A stretch of 63,487 bases of DNA, the filler included, from Reclinomonas americana ATCC 50394 (taxonomy: Eukaryota): assembly GCA_048213135.1 (NCBI GenBank). It is 17 parts of 17 records of this genome, joined end to end, with 100 filler letters (N's around TTAATTAATTAA, not from the genome) between each part and the next. Parts side by side here need not be neighbours in the genome. Positions count along the whole stretch, not along the records: positions 44,071 to 47,099 come from AFZH01023371.1; positions 47,200 to 48,259 come from AFZH01023372.1; positions 48,360 to 50,790 come from AFZH01023373.1; positions 50,891 to 51,954 come from AFZH01023374.1; positions 52,055 to 53,799 come from AFZH01023375.1; positions 53,900 to 57,998 come from AFZH01023376.1; 11 more parts are not named here. One strand, 5' to 3'. A model generated the notes under the pieces. It was given only the letters and a program-made list of their open reading frames with translations, was not told where the DNA came from and made no database searches. Shown here piece after piece: positions 44,071 to 56,881 of the stretch (its first letter is position 1; every line of letters starts with the position of its first letter). Both the position numbers and the translations under genes were made by a program.

Positions 44071-46263
44071 TGCACTTGCAGCGACGATATGACCACTCGG
44101 TCGCGTACCGAGCCATCCGCCAACACAATCATGTCGTGTATCCGCGACGTGACAGGAATCATGTTGGTTTCGTCGCCTCGTCGCACATCGAACGTGCGAA
44201 TGGTGCGGTCAAACGACGCAGTGACCTGTGTGCACATGCGCAGTGAATGAGGACGCGCAGTGCCAGCACATCGCAGTCCCTCCGCTTCGCTCACTCACAA
44301 TGCTGGCCGAGCCCATCAAAAAGCCGACGGAAACCACCTTTTCTCGATGTCCCATTAACGTGTGCAACAACTTGTTTCTCCTCGTCGACCACAGCAGCGT
44401 GCCACTGCGCAGATCACGGACAGAGAAATGAGGCCCACGCAGCAGATTATACGATCGTGCACGATAGCCCGCAACTTGCTGTGTGAGGTGGCCGCCACCA
44501 TGTCGCCCTCTGGTGACACACAACACCGCAAGAGGCCACTGGTGCTCTCCTCGAATCTCGTTGCCACACAACCTGTGGCACACAGTCAGCGATGGAGGAG
44601 GTGCCATTCGGATTCCGCTACGATGCATTTCCTCACGTTCCCTGCTGCTGGAGATGCACAACTTTCTGTCCTCGGAGGCTGCGAGAGAGTGAGCGACACG
44701 CGACTCAAATCAAAACCCCGATCCCCCACACGCACACCTGACACAATGCTCTCGCCCAGCGAGTCAAACGTCACGCACATGATACCATCCTCGTGCACCA
44801 ACTGCAGATGCGCAATGAGAAATGTCGCGAACCCTCAGCGTTGAGCGACAAAATAAAAAACACGCACCAAGTCACCCAGATGATATCTCGGTAACCTCGG
44901 CGACTCCTCGGCGGCGGTCCTCGGCTGCTGCAGTGGCGACAAATCCGGGCGCCACTCGGTGCCGCTGCTGCGACGCAACGACATGCGAGAGAGACTGAAG
45001 GTTGCCGGAGTGGACGAAAATGTTGCAACTGGCTGCAGGGAAGGCGAGCTCACGGCAGAGCTGCTCTTTGGCGGCAACGATAAGGACTGCCGTGCGGCAC
45101 TGCCGGCCACCTGCATCGGCACGCCACCTCCGTCGCCACCATCAGCATCCTCGTCCTCACTGAACACATCCCCTCCGTCGTTGCTCTCGCCATCCGCCTC
45201 GCCATCAAAGTCGTCGCTGAATGTCGAGAGGGTGTTCAGCGCTGTCGCGGTGCCAGCGGCGGCGGCCGACGCGGCGACCAGCGAGGCTGCCGATCTCGCA
45301 GTGGCGGTGGTGGTGGTGGTGGTGGTCGTCGTTGCAGTCACAGTGGTGGTGGTGGTGGAGGAGCTCGAGTCCGTGGCCGACGCTGTGGCACACAACTGTG
45401 AGCACTGAGGCCTGCGCGCAATGCAAGCACCACCGCACGAAACTGTGCGACTGCGCTCGCTTCCTTCGCGGCTGTGCGCTGTTGAACGACAGACAGTAAA
45501 TAATCTTCAGCCCCCCCACGATCAGTAGCCACTCGACAAACGCAACGCCTTTCCGTGTTTGAGCTCCTCCACTTGCTGGTGCAAGGCATTGTTCTCGCGC
45601 TGCAGTCGCTGAATGATCTGTTCCAGGTTCCGCACTGTTGACAGCGTAGAAGTGAACAGAACCTCGCGAGAGAGAGAGAGAGAGAGATCCACTCACCTTC
45701 TTCCCGAGCCGAAGCCACCTCCCGCATCATCGTCTGCCGTTCGTTGGCGTGCTGGTCGATGGTGGCATTCAATCGAAGCACATACACCTTGCCGAGATCA
45801 ATCTCAGCGTAGGCCTCTTGCAGTCTGCACTCGCATGACAAGATGTAACAGGAAGAACAGCCTCGGGCAAGGCGACGGATGCATACCGTTTCTCCAGGTT
45901 GATGACGATCTCCTCATGTTCCTGTGCGGGCGTGAGTGTGTGCTGCGCCTGACAACTTTAATGCACAGGCACACGCACCTTCACAAAATGCGATGACACG
46001 TATCTCTGGCGCTGTACTCGCGGAGGATGAGGATAAGAGACGGAAGAAGAGGAGATGTCTTCAGCACGCAACTCCATACGAGCGATCGGTGAAAAGGCCG
46101 TACAGAAGGCGACGCACGCGCTCGACTTGTGCGTTGCGCTGAGGTGCGCAAGAGAGAGTGAGGAAAGAAGGAAGAAGAGGGGTAGAATGAGAGAGAGGAA
46201 TACCTGCACAAGTCGCTGCAGCACATTTGCGCGCCATTGGGGTTGGCCGCCACTCGCCTCCAT
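44071..46263 (-). CDS. ATG16L: Autophagy protein ATG16L-like (N-terminal helix, coiled coil, WD40), 3' end missing
   Basis: N-terminal WRANVLQRLVQ/RNAQVE resembles the ATG5-binding helix. LLHTLMGHREKVVSVGFLMGSASIV/TASFDRTIRTFDV closely parallels the ATG16L1 WD40 segment LRHTLTGHSGKVLSAKFL...SGSHDRTLKLWD. Confidence 0.7.
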
Positions 46264-46466
46264 TGAAGGCGCGTGGGTGGGGTCTCCTGCGCCGTGACAC
46301 GCCGAGCAACTTGTCACAAACCCGGCATCCGAAAAAAGTCATCTCTCAATTCTGGCCCTATTTAAAATCCCATGCTCCGCGTGTTGGTTGTCGAGTGGCC
46401 TAGCGGGCGCAAATGTTTTTGTGGTTGCGCGGCTTTTCTCGTCGATTGACCAAAGCTTCATTGTTT

Positions 46467-46549
46467 GCTTCAGTAACGCTGAAATCGCTCAATGGCAGGG
46501 CATTGGACTTCTAATCCAAAGGTTGCGGGTTCAAGTCCCGCCTGAAGCT
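46467..46549 (+). tRNA. Eukaryotic tRNA-Arg(TCT) with an 11-nt insertion between acceptor and D stems
   Basis: GCTTCAG-TA-[ACGCTGAAATC]-GCTC-AATGGCA-GGGC-A-TTGGA-CTTCTAA-TCCAA-AGGTT-GCGGG-TTCAAGT-CCCGC-CTGAAGC-T, followed by a T6 Pol III terminator. Confidence 0.85.
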
Positions 46550-46861
46550 TATCTTTTTTATTTTTGTATTTTTGTATTTTTCCTCACACAACAGAGGGTT
46601 GTTGTGTTCACAAAGAGGAACACCTGTGGCACAGGCAATGGAAGGGAGAAGATCAAAAAAAAAAAGAAGCGTACACCAACAACGTCATCATCCGAACAGC
46701 AACACAATTGCATGACGATCACCCTTGAGTGAGCACCGCTGACACATCTGCTCCTCCACATCGATCCACAAGAACACGAGTCTCGTGATGTGCGGCGATG
46801 CAGCGTTCCGAAGAAAAAGAAAGACAGACATACTGCATCCACACCTTTCCATTTTACTGCC

Positions 46862-47010
46862 TCACGGCTTGCACGTCTTCGCACGATGTCGGAGTGCCTT
46901 CCGCAGCACTTTCACCTCCATATCCGGATCCGGGGCACAGGCGCGCAGGAGAGACTCGGGGATCTTCTTCAGCTTCTGCTTGTCCACAAAGTCGTGGAGG
47001 AAGAGAGCCA
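46862..47010 (-). CDS. Probable last coding exon of an unknown gene
   Basis: After a TTGCAG acceptor: LALFLHDFVDKQKLKKIPESLLRACAPDPDMEVKVLRKALRHRAKTCKP*. Confidence 0.4.
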
Positions 47011-47849
47011 GGCCTGCAAAGTGCACCGTTCAGTATCACACCTGGCGTGACGAGCGCACAGGCAAGCGTCGACGTAACCAGCACGCAGATGCATCAGTCN
47101 NNNNNNNNNNNNNNNNNNNNNNNNNNNNNNNNNNNNNNNNNNNTTAATTAATTAANNNNNNNNNNNNNNNNNNNNNNNNNNNNNNNNNNNNNNNNNNNNT
47201 ACTCTCTTTCTCTTCTCTCTTCTCTCTCTCCACCCACTTTGTTCTCACGGCCGTGCTGTCCGCCGCTTGTCCCGTTTTCTATTCTTCCGATGCGCAATGA
47301 GTGAATGTCTTCGTGTGTGTGTGGTTGCTGTTGTTGCCATTTTGAGCCGTTGGCTTGCAGAACACAGAAGGAAGATCAATCTTTGTGTACTTGACGCAAG
47401 AAGCGGTGTTGGTGTGGGGGGAGAGAGACACAGAGAGAAAAAGACTGGTCGTTAAAGAGATGAAGAAAAGAGAAACCTCCACACCGCAGCAGCCCATCGT
47501 CTTGTTTCTCTCTTTTTTTCTCTCTTCTCACGCTGCGTGCTCTCACTCATCAGCATGGTTTCCTGCTCGCACAGACGCTCTCGTTGATGATGCAAGAGAT
47601 ACTCATGGAGTGCGACTCGCACCTCGGACGATTATTGTTCCCAATTCGCCTCCACCGAATTTCGTTAGCGGCCCTCAGTCATTGCTGTTGTGCCATTTCA
47701 TCGTCTTCTCCTTGAGGAGGAGGAGGAGGCGAAGGAGAAAAGAAGATGACCTACTGGATGTGACGACGTAGGCATCTTTTGGAGGTACGTGCGTATGTGC
47801 GCCTTGGGTGTGGATGGGAAATCAACGGGCGTCGACGTCTGCCTCGCCC

Positions 47850-48650
47850 ACACATTCATTCATTGTGTCTGTTCAGCAGCACGATCCGTGATCCCCCGCT
47901 CAAATGGAGAGTTGTCTCTCTCCCTGTCTCCACCATCGCCGGTGCATGCATCGCGAGGCTCGGAAGTCTCTGTGAGTTGTCCCTGTTGCATTGTTCCTTC
48001 TTCCCCTCTCTCGCTCTCCTCGCTCATTCATTCATCATTGTGTCTGTTCACCAGCTCGATCCGTGATCCTGCTCAAATGGAGAGCTGTCTCTCTCCCTGT
48101 CTCCACCGTCGCTGGTGCATGCATCGCGAGGTTCGGACGTCTCTGTGTGTTGTTCCTGTTGCATTGTTCCTTCTCCCCCCTCGCTCGCTCTCCTTACTCA
48201 CTCATTCATTCATTGTGTCTGCCCAGCAGCGCTAGCACGATCCGTGATCCCGCTCAAATNNNNNNNNNNNNNNNNNNNNNNNNNNNNNNNNNNNNNNNNN
48301 NNNTTAATTAATTAANNNNNNNNNNNNNNNNNNNNNNNNNNNNNNNNNNNNNNNNNNNNTCTCCCTGTCTCCACGTGCACCATCGCCGGTGCATGCATCG
48401 CAAGGTTCGGACGTCTCTGTGAGTTGTCCCTGTTGCATTGTTCCTTCTTCGCCTCCCTCGCTCTCCTCACTCACTCATTCATTCATTGTGTCTGTTCAGC
48501 AGCTCGATCCGTGATCCTGCTCAAATGGAGAGCTGTCTCTCTCTCTCTCTCTCTCCACCATCGCCGGTGCATGCATCTCAAGACATGGACGTCTCCGTGA
48601 GTTGTCCCTGTTGCATTGTTCCTTCTCCCTCTTCCTCGCTCTCCGTTTCT
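47850..48650. repeat. ~175-bp tandem repeat spanning a contig gap
   Basis: CATTGTGTCTG...GATCCGTGATCC...GCTCAAATGGAGAG recurs at 47861, 48036, 48211 and 48484. Confidence 0.92.
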
Positions 48651-50099
48651 CACCATTGATCCAGTCATGCCTGGCTCGTCGACGTCAAACAGGAGCGTAT
48701 TGCATGCAGACCGCACGCGGCATTGCGACACGCTGCTTGTCGTTTTCTTCCTTCAGAATAACCGCCATCGATTGCAACAGCATGTGTGTGAGTGTGTGAG
48801 AGAGAGAGAGAGAAAGATGTTTGTGCTTAAGCTTGTTCCTGCTGGTTTGTTTTCCTCTCTCCCCATCCTCCTCCTCCTCCTCCTCCCACTCTCAACCTCT
48901 CGACTTTCTCCTTGAGCTCTCTTCCCTTCCCCCTTCCCCACTTTCCCCCTCTGCTGCAATGAGCGGGATGGCAGACTCTCCACTCCGTCGCCTTTCTTGC
49001 TCTCTCTCCCCCATCGGCCACAGTCGATGCTCATGCTGTGCAAGGAGACTGGCACAGCGTCGCTCCATCCATCTCTTCCTCTCTTCCTCCTCCTCTGTGG
49101 CTTGCGTCTGTCCTTGGTCTGCAGTGTGGCGTGAATGCCGATTGATTCGGGAACCACGATCATCGCGAACTGGGTGGCTGCGGTGGTGGCTGTCGTGGTG
49201 GTTGTGGCGCAATGTATGCATCAGCTCGTTGCATCTCACTTTCCTGCACACACTGCCTCTGCGATGAATACCAGCAAGGAGAGGGAGAAGAGACGCCTGC
49301 ACGTTGTCCAACGTCGCATCGTTTGTCCCCCGCACACCTCTCTCCGCCGCTCAGTCTTCTTCTTCTATTGTGTGGTGTGATGCGCTGATGCACGAGCAAA
49401 GCATCAGTGGCGTGGCTTGCGTGTGATCGTGCATGCATGAGCGAGTGAGCGAGTGAGACCGTGTTTCGTCGTTGGCACACATTCTCTCGTCACTCGTGTG
49501 TGTTTTGCGAGGAGACTCGGAGAATGAGGAGGAGGATGAGTGTGGCACGCTAGACGACATTGTGCATGAGCAGCTGCTTGCACACACACCAGCTGCAGGT
49601 GAGTGTGTGGGAAAAGGAGAGAGAGTGTGAGAGTGTGTGAAAGTGGCATTCATTGTTTCGCGCGTCTCTTTCTCTCATTTCTCCCTCTCTCTCATCCACC
49701 TCCTCATAGTGAGCATGGCTGTGTGTTTGTGCGTGTGCGTGTGCCTATGCGCGTCTGCTGCTGAGCTGTGTGCGTGTTGCACCTCGATTCAGTTTTCCCG
49801 CCACTCGAGTCTCTCTCTCATTCCCTTTTCTCTCATCCTCTCTCTCTCCCTCCCCCCCTCCTCTCTCTCCCGCGCGCGCTCCCGCCTTCTCGTTCTTGTG
49901 AGGGAGCGTGTGTATGCGTCGTGGATGAGTCTCTTTGCGTCTGTTGATCGAATCCCCACACACTCGTTCTCCTCCTGCGTTCTCTTCTTCCTCCTCTCTC
50001 TCTCTTTCTGCCCTTCGAATCCCCTTCTCATCCTTGGCTCTGGTCAGAGTGACAGATGGAAGTGCGTTCATGCAATCGCCTCTCTCTCTCTCCTCTCCA

Positions 50100-50790
50100 C
50101 CCTCGTTGAATCATCGCTCTGTCGTCTCTGCCTCTTCCTTCTCTTTCCCTTTCTCTTCCTTCTCGTCTGCTCTTTCCCTTCCGTCTTCATTCTCGCTGAA
50201 TCATCGCTCTGTTGTTGTCTCTGCCTCTTTTCCCCTTCTGCTTTCTCTTCCTTCGCGTCTTCCCTTTCCCCTTCCGTCTTCATCCTCGTTGAATCATCGC
50301 TCTGTTGTTGTCTCTGCCTCTTCCTTCTCTTTCCCTCTCCCTGCCTTCGCATCTTCCCTCTCCCCTTCCGTCTTCGTCCTCGTTGAATCATCGCTCTGTT
50401 GTTTTCTCTGCCTCTCCCTTCTCTTCTGCTTCCTGCTTTCTCTTCCTTCGCGTCTTCCCTTTCCCTTCCGTCTTCACCCTCGTTGAATCATCGCTCTGTT
50501 GTCTCTGCCTCATCTTTCTCTTCCTGCTTTCTTCTCTTCCTTCGCGTCTTCCCTTTCCCTTCCGTCTTCTCCCTCATTGAATCATCGCTCTGTTGTTGTC
50601 TCTGCCTCTTCATTTTCTTCTGCTTTCTTTTCCTTCGCGTCTTCCCTTTCCCTTCCGTCTCCATGTTGTTGTCTCTGCCTCTTCCTTCTCTTTCTGCTCT
50701 CTCTTCCTTCGCGTCTTCCCTTTCCCTTTCGTCTTCATCCTCATTGAATCATCGCTCTGTTGTCTCTGCCTCTCCCTTCTCTTCTGCTTT
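50100..50790. repeat. ~90-100-bp pyrimidine-rich minisatellite with core GAATCATCGCTCTG
   Basis: Core at 50108, 50198, 50291, 50385, 50485, 50579 and 50746. Confidence 0.92.
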
Positions 50791-52595
50791 NNNNNNNNNN
50801 NNNNNNNNNNNNNNNNNNNNNNNNNNNNNNNNNNTTAATTAATTAANNNNNNNNNNNNNNNNNNNNNNNNNNNNNNNNNNNNNNNNNNNNTGCCACCGTT
50901 GCCTTCTTCTGTCTCCTCCACCCACCTCTCCCTCTCGCTTCAGATTCACCGATTCACTCTCTACGCCCTCCTTCTTCGCCCAATTCTGCGCCCACACTCA
51001 CTTTATCGCGCTCTCCGCCTGCAGACGATGATTCTGTGTGAGAGCGGTGCCATTCGACCGTCGCTTGTCAGCCGGCGTAAAATCGATGGGAGCTCGTGTG
51101 AGCCAGTCGTCGGTCACCGCCGGATTCGCAATGTGGCGCATCTTGTTCTTCCTGTTGGTGGCTCTGCGTTGATCGACCGTCACGCACTCCTCCACAGCAA
51201 CTGGTGATGCTGGTGGCGTTCGACGATACACACGTGCGGGGTGAGTTGACGGGAGCGGTGAGAGGAGTGGAGAGAAAAGAGGATCGTGTACGATTTGAGG
51301 TTGGGTGGAGAGACCAGCATGGTCATGCACTGACACGCATGATGCCACTTCTGCGACAGATGTGGGACGCATTTCGACTCGCCTGGTCCACATGCTCTGC
51401 TGCAGCAGGTGCAGCTGGGCGGCATCCTGTCACTTGCCGCTGTGTCCCTTGACTGCTCGAATGCCCACACACATTTTCTGTCGATCGGTGTGTGCTTGTG
51501 GTGCATGCAACACGAGTGCCGGCTGCTCTGCTTTTTTTCGTTGCTCACACATGCGCTCTCATGTCGCAGGGGAGTGAGGCCTGCCATGCATGTCCTTTGT
51601 GTTGTGCGAGACGGAGCGCCGTGGCGACGAGATGTGTGCATGTGCCTCGCACTGGCGCGCTCCAGCATCACATTCAGATCTCTCCCTGTCCGTCTCTACG
51701 CCGACTGTGTTCTTGTGTCTCACATATATACTGAGCAGGTGAGCGATTCACGTTTTGTCTCTCGTTCTTCCTCACTTCCATTATCCACTCGCGTTGGTCT
51801 TATTCACTTGCTTCCTTCACGACTCCTCCCACTCCCCTTTTCCTCACCTCGTCTCGTCTCGTCTCGCTCTTTCTTGTGTCTTCCATTGCCTTCCGTTCTT
51901 GGTCTCTCCTCTGCATTGTCCCCTTCCCGTGCGCCGCCCTTGTTGCTTTCCGTTNNNNNNNNNNNNNNNNNNNNNNNNNNNNNNNNNNNNNNNNNNNNTT
52001 AATTAATTAANNNNNNNNNNNNNNNNNNNNNNNNNNNNNNNNNNNNNNNNNNNNTCCTCCTCCTCTCTGTGCTTCAAGGACTTCCCTTTTCGGTCCCTTT
52101 TCTCCTTTCCTGATCTCTTTTCACTTGCATCCTTCACGCCTCCTCCAACTCTCCTTCTCCTTCACCTCGTTTCGTTCTCTCCTGCGTCAGCTGATCGCTC
52201 TTCAATGGCTTCCCTTTCAATGCCTCCCTCCTCTCCATCGTCCGCTTCTCAAGATCCGCCCTTTTTCCTTCCTTCATGTCATGCACTTGCATTGTTCATG
52301 CCTCCGTGCGCCCACTCTCTCTTTCTTCTCGTCTCGCATTGTTCTGCTTCGTGTCAATTGAGGGATGCTTGCTCGTCACTATGCCGCGTTCCTCGCTTGC
52401 TATCCTCTTCCTCCCCATTCCGATTTGTGCCTACCCTCTTTCTCTTCTTCTTTTTGCACCCGCGTAATTGCAGCACGCTACTCCTCTCTCATTCTCCTCA
52501 TTCCATCCCGTTCGCCGATGTCTGTCCTCTTGCGTCACAACCCACTCTCTCATCTGATTGTTTCTTCTTTCTTGCCTTTGTTCCTGTTGCGCAGT

Positions 52596-52887
52596 GTTGG
52601 ACGGTTGGGGGGGACGAACTGGATGGGTAGTTTCCGTCGCCGTCACTCCCAATGGCCAGCACATTGCGAGTGGGAGTGCGGATAAAACGATCCGAGTGTG
52701 GTCCGCGCCGCGTGGCCAGGCAGGACAAGAGGTTGCGGCCGCACAATCCGCCGTGATGGCTGTCAACGAGCTGCTTGCCGAAGATGACTGTGACTGGATT
52801 CTCGTCGATGTTGTGCTGCGGTGTTTTGTGTTGGAGGATGCAGAGGTGATTGAAAGCCGTGCGCCTGGATGGTGCTGGACGGAGTGA
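52596..52887 (+). pseudogene. Truncated member or terminal exon of the WD40-plus-tail family (one repeat and the tail)
   Basis: GRTGWVVSVAVTPNGQHIASGSADKTIRVWSAPRG...LVDVVLRCFVLEDAEVI. No other repeats upstream in the contig. Confidence 0.65.
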
Positions 52888-53708
52888 GCTCAATGAATAT
52901 GCGAAGACCGATGGCTGTCATTGCGCAACTCTGCTATGTTGACTGCCGTACCGCCTCACACGTGCTTCTCCACTGCCTTGCCAAGTGCAGGCAGCCGGAA
53001 AGCAGACACAGCACAGTGCAGTGGGAGTGCAAGAAGAGAATGCCGGGTGCGAGGTGTATGTGGATGTGTGTGTATGGTTGAGATGAGGCCACAGAATGAA
53101 CAGACACACGCGTGTTGCTCGGCATTGAGCGAGCCCTCGCTCACCTACCCACACACACACCTTGTGCTTGTGCCTTCATGTCGCCTTGTCATTCGAACGC
53201 GGCGTTGAAGCAGCGGGCATCATCGCCAGCCTCCCCCTCTCACACTGGCACCGCGTGAACATGGAGAGCGCGTCAAGCATCGATTCAGATGGCCACCCTT
53301 CTCGCCACACACGCCATGGGGAGAGGGAGTGCACTTGCCCTTCGCACTCGTTTCCCGCGCGTGCGTGTGTGCCTTGACAACTGGTGTGACGCACCCACTC
53401 ACGAACTGCGCTGCCTCTTGGCTCTCTTTCTGAATCGTGTGTTGTTGGCCTCTCCACGCGACTCACATGCGTGACTCGGAGCGAGTTGATGCTCGTGGCG
53501 TGTCGAGGTGGAACAGGCTCGGCATGCATGCATGCACATTCAATGCCGCAACATCTCACTCACATCGCAGTTGGAGAATGGAGCACCACGACGGGGACGC
53601 AGAGAGACAGGGGGCACTGAGACACAGACAGCACCGCGAGGTGCACGCACACGCGCGCGAGAGAGTTGATGTTGATGTTCCGTCGGATGAATCGAGTCGG
53701 TGCTTTAC

Positions 53709-53775
<67 letters not shown>

Positions 53776-55700
53776 GCACGCACTCTCTCTCTCTCTCTCN
53801 NNNNNNNNNNNNNNNNNNNNNNNNNNNNNNNNNNNNNNNNNNNTTAATTAATTAANNNNNNNNNNNNNNNNNNNNNNNNNNNNNNNNNNNNNNNNNNNNC
53901 TTTGTGATAATTGTTGTGTGTGCATCTTATTCGTGCATGTGTGTGCTTCAGGAGAGCACGTCGCCGTTGTCTGTTTCCCTCGCGTCTTCTTTTGCGCACC
54001 ACTTTGGCATCACTGCTCTGCTTCCCATTGTGCCTGTGCGCCGCGGACATTCTCTTTCCGGCTCTGAAGAATGCATGTCATCCCTTTCCTCCCTTTTCTG
54101 CCCCTTGCTGAATCTCTCTTTCTCCTCCTTCTCCCTCCCTTGTGCGCTCATGATCTTCACCAGTAATACGCCCCTCCTTCCCACACACTTGCGAGGCCGA
54201 GCTGCTGGTCCGCTGGTGATGCGCCGCCTTCCATCGCGTTAGGCAGTCCATCATGGTGAGCTTCCCGATGCCGAAGTGTGTGAGGTGGCATGCCTGCCTG
54301 CTGACTCTGCTCGCTCTCTCTCTCTCTCCCTCTCCTTTGCAGGATGGATGTGTGTGCAGAAGCATTCCTCGCCTTGCCTCTTGACCAAATGCGTGTTGGC
54401 ATCAGGTGCTTATCGGTGTGTTTGTCAGTGAGACAGAGCAGATATCTCTCTCCTTCCTCCCATTCCTTTTGCTCACAGCACACCGATATGCAGGCACCTT
54501 AGGGGCAGGTCCCCCTCGTTGTTCCGTAATGATTGCAGGCGTGCTGTGCATCGCCCGCTGCCGGCTGTCACCTCACTCACACGGCTCCCCATTCGCATCC
54601 CACCGCGCACTCAGCAGGTGTGTGGACTTGTTCATCGTGATCTCTCGTTCCGCTTTCCCTCCACTCACATCATTCATGCAGGTCATGCAGCCATGGAGGG
54701 CGTGGCGTGGTGGCTGTACACTTGCATGCCGTGATGTGCGATGGATGCTGGTCGGTGGATCGTTTTCAATCCCGGCTGGCAAGTCGGAGCGGATCGATGA
54801 TGTGCGCACCTTGGTTGCCGCCGTCTCTGCCGAGTGACAATGGTGGTGGCCATGGGAGATTGAAGACGCGTGCGTGTCCAGCAACACGTGTTCTGCACGT
54901 GCGTTGAGGAACAAGTTGGCGAGAGACTTGGAGATTGACTGACTCAGTTCTGTGTGTGATCTGAACACAGGCGTGCTGCAGCTGGCAAGTGGCTGGCCAC
55001 TGGCATGCATGCAACTTGACGACACGTGGTTCCATGCTTCGCAGTGCCTGCATGAGACGATTCAACCGACCGACTGTGAGTGTGATTGAAGGGACGAAGC
55101 ATTGATGGTGACTTGGGTGAGGGGAGGCGAGTCTCACGACGCTGCTGCCTCGTCCATCGCTGTGCTGCTGTGCTGGTCGTTCCTCTCTTGTTCTTTGTGG
55201 TTCTCTTTCTTTATTGTATCATCCTCGTGTGCCCTTGTCAACCTTGCTGTGGATCGATCCAAGGAGGTGTGAGGTTTCGATGACTTGTCGGTGCTCAATG
55301 GATTCTCGGGTGTGTCGTGCTCTGGCCGTGGCATCAGCACACCAGGGCCACAGCTGCGCATCCATGCAGCCCGACATGCCAGTCCTCGTTGAGAGATAAT
55401 GCAGGTCAGTCGAAAGAGAGTGTCGCTGGACAGCAGCGCGATGCAGTGGAGCGCCACCTCGAGCCACCACCCTTAAGCTTGTCCATTCTGCCGATTTCCC
55501 ATCGACCTGTCCCATGTCGGTCTTCAATAGCCCACACGCATCAAAGAAGCCACGTCGCTCACACACTACTGCATGCTGTGTGGCGTACTGGCTGCAGCCT
55601 GGCGAGGGATGGACGACGTCCCAGAGCAAGGCGGGAGAAGAAAAGCGGGAAACGGTGACAAATCCCGAGCGAGCACATCACACACACGCACGCACGGAGA

Positions 55701-56881
55701 ATGACAACCAAGGTGTGAATGTGTGTGCACTTTTGCGTGGTTGGTGTCTGTGCATGCATTCGTGTGCTTGTGCATATGTGTGGTTGCTGTTTGCGTTGCT
55801 GTGCATGTGCGTGTCTTTGAATGCCTCTCCACGTGCGTCTCACCGCGAATGATCGACGCAGATCATTCAGAGTCTCGCGACAGTGGTGTGGTCCATTACC
55901 GTCACTCCCGACGGCAAGCACATTGTTGGTGGGTGCATGGACAGCACCATCCGAGTGTGGTCTCTGGCAAGTGGCAAGGAGGTGCGACGGCTTGTGGGAC
56001 ACACTTCGTGGTTGCAATCTGTCGCCGTCACCCCTGATGGCCTTCACATCGTGAGTGGAGGTGGAGACAACACCCTACGTGTGTGGTTGCTGGAGAGTGG
56101 GATGGAGGTGCGACGGCTGGAGGGACACACTGGATGGGTGTATTGTGTCGTCGTCACTTTCGATGGTCAGCACATTATCAGTGGGAGCTGGGACTGCACA
56201 ATACGAGTGTGGTCTCTGGCGAGTGGGGAGGAGGTGCGACGGATGGAGGGACACGACGGAGAGGTATACTCTGTTGCCGTCACTCCCGATGGTAACCACA
56301 CTGCGACTGGGAGCGGGGACTGCACCGTGCGGGTGTGGTCGCTGGCGAATGGGACGGTGCGACAGCTGGCAGGTCACACTGGAGGGGTGTATTGTGTCGC
56401 TGTCACCCCTGATAATCAGCACATTGTGAGTGGCAGTAGGGACAACACGGTGAGGGTGTGGTCACTGGCGAGCGGGGAGGAAGTGCGACGGTTGGAGGGA
56501 CACATTGGTGCGGTGACGTCTGTGGCGGTCTCTCCCAACGGTCAGTACAGTTTTAGCGGGAGCGGGGACTGCACCGTGCGGATGTGGTCTCTGGAGAGTG
56601 GCGAGGAAGTGCGACGGTTGAAGGGACACACAGAATGGGTGTCGTGTGTGGCCGTCTCTCCCGACGGTCAGCACATTGTGAGTGCGGGTGGCATTGACGG
56701 GACGGTACGAGTGTGGTCGACGCCGCGTGGTCTTGCTCGCCTTGAACTCGACGCTGCGCGCTCGGCCATGGGGGCTGTGCAGGAGATGCAGGAGGATGAA
56801 GAAGATTCACGATGCCTTCCCGAGCTGGTTCTGCGCTGTTTCATCGTCGAGGATGCCGAGGTCGTCCTTTTCCGGTGCTGA
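55701..56881 (+). CDS. WD40 protein with seven highly similar repeats and the conserved C-terminal tail
   Basis: Exon 1 ATGACAACCAAG (55701-55712, MTTK), intron 55713-55870, exon 2 in frame with ORF 55883-56881. Repeats read GHxxxVxxVAVTPDGxHIVSGxxDxTVRVWSLASGEEVRRLE. Confidence 0.88.

Noticed and set aside
46478..46549. Standard-length tRNA needing 5' editing of the acceptor stem
   Set aside because: Mismatches would be at positions 4, 5 and 7, not the first three positions repaired by Thg1-like editing, and a perfect partner strand lies 11 nt upstream.
50100..50790. CRISPR-like look: conserved GAATCATCGCTCTG core at regular spacing
   Set aside because: Intervening sequences are related pyrimidine-rich variants rather than unique spacers, the contig is eukaryotic, and no cas genes are present. 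It is a minisatellite.
47200..53799. Many short ORFs in the low-complexity contigs
   Set aside because: No recognisable domains apart from the WD40 fragment at 52596-52887, and composition is dominated by simple repeats.
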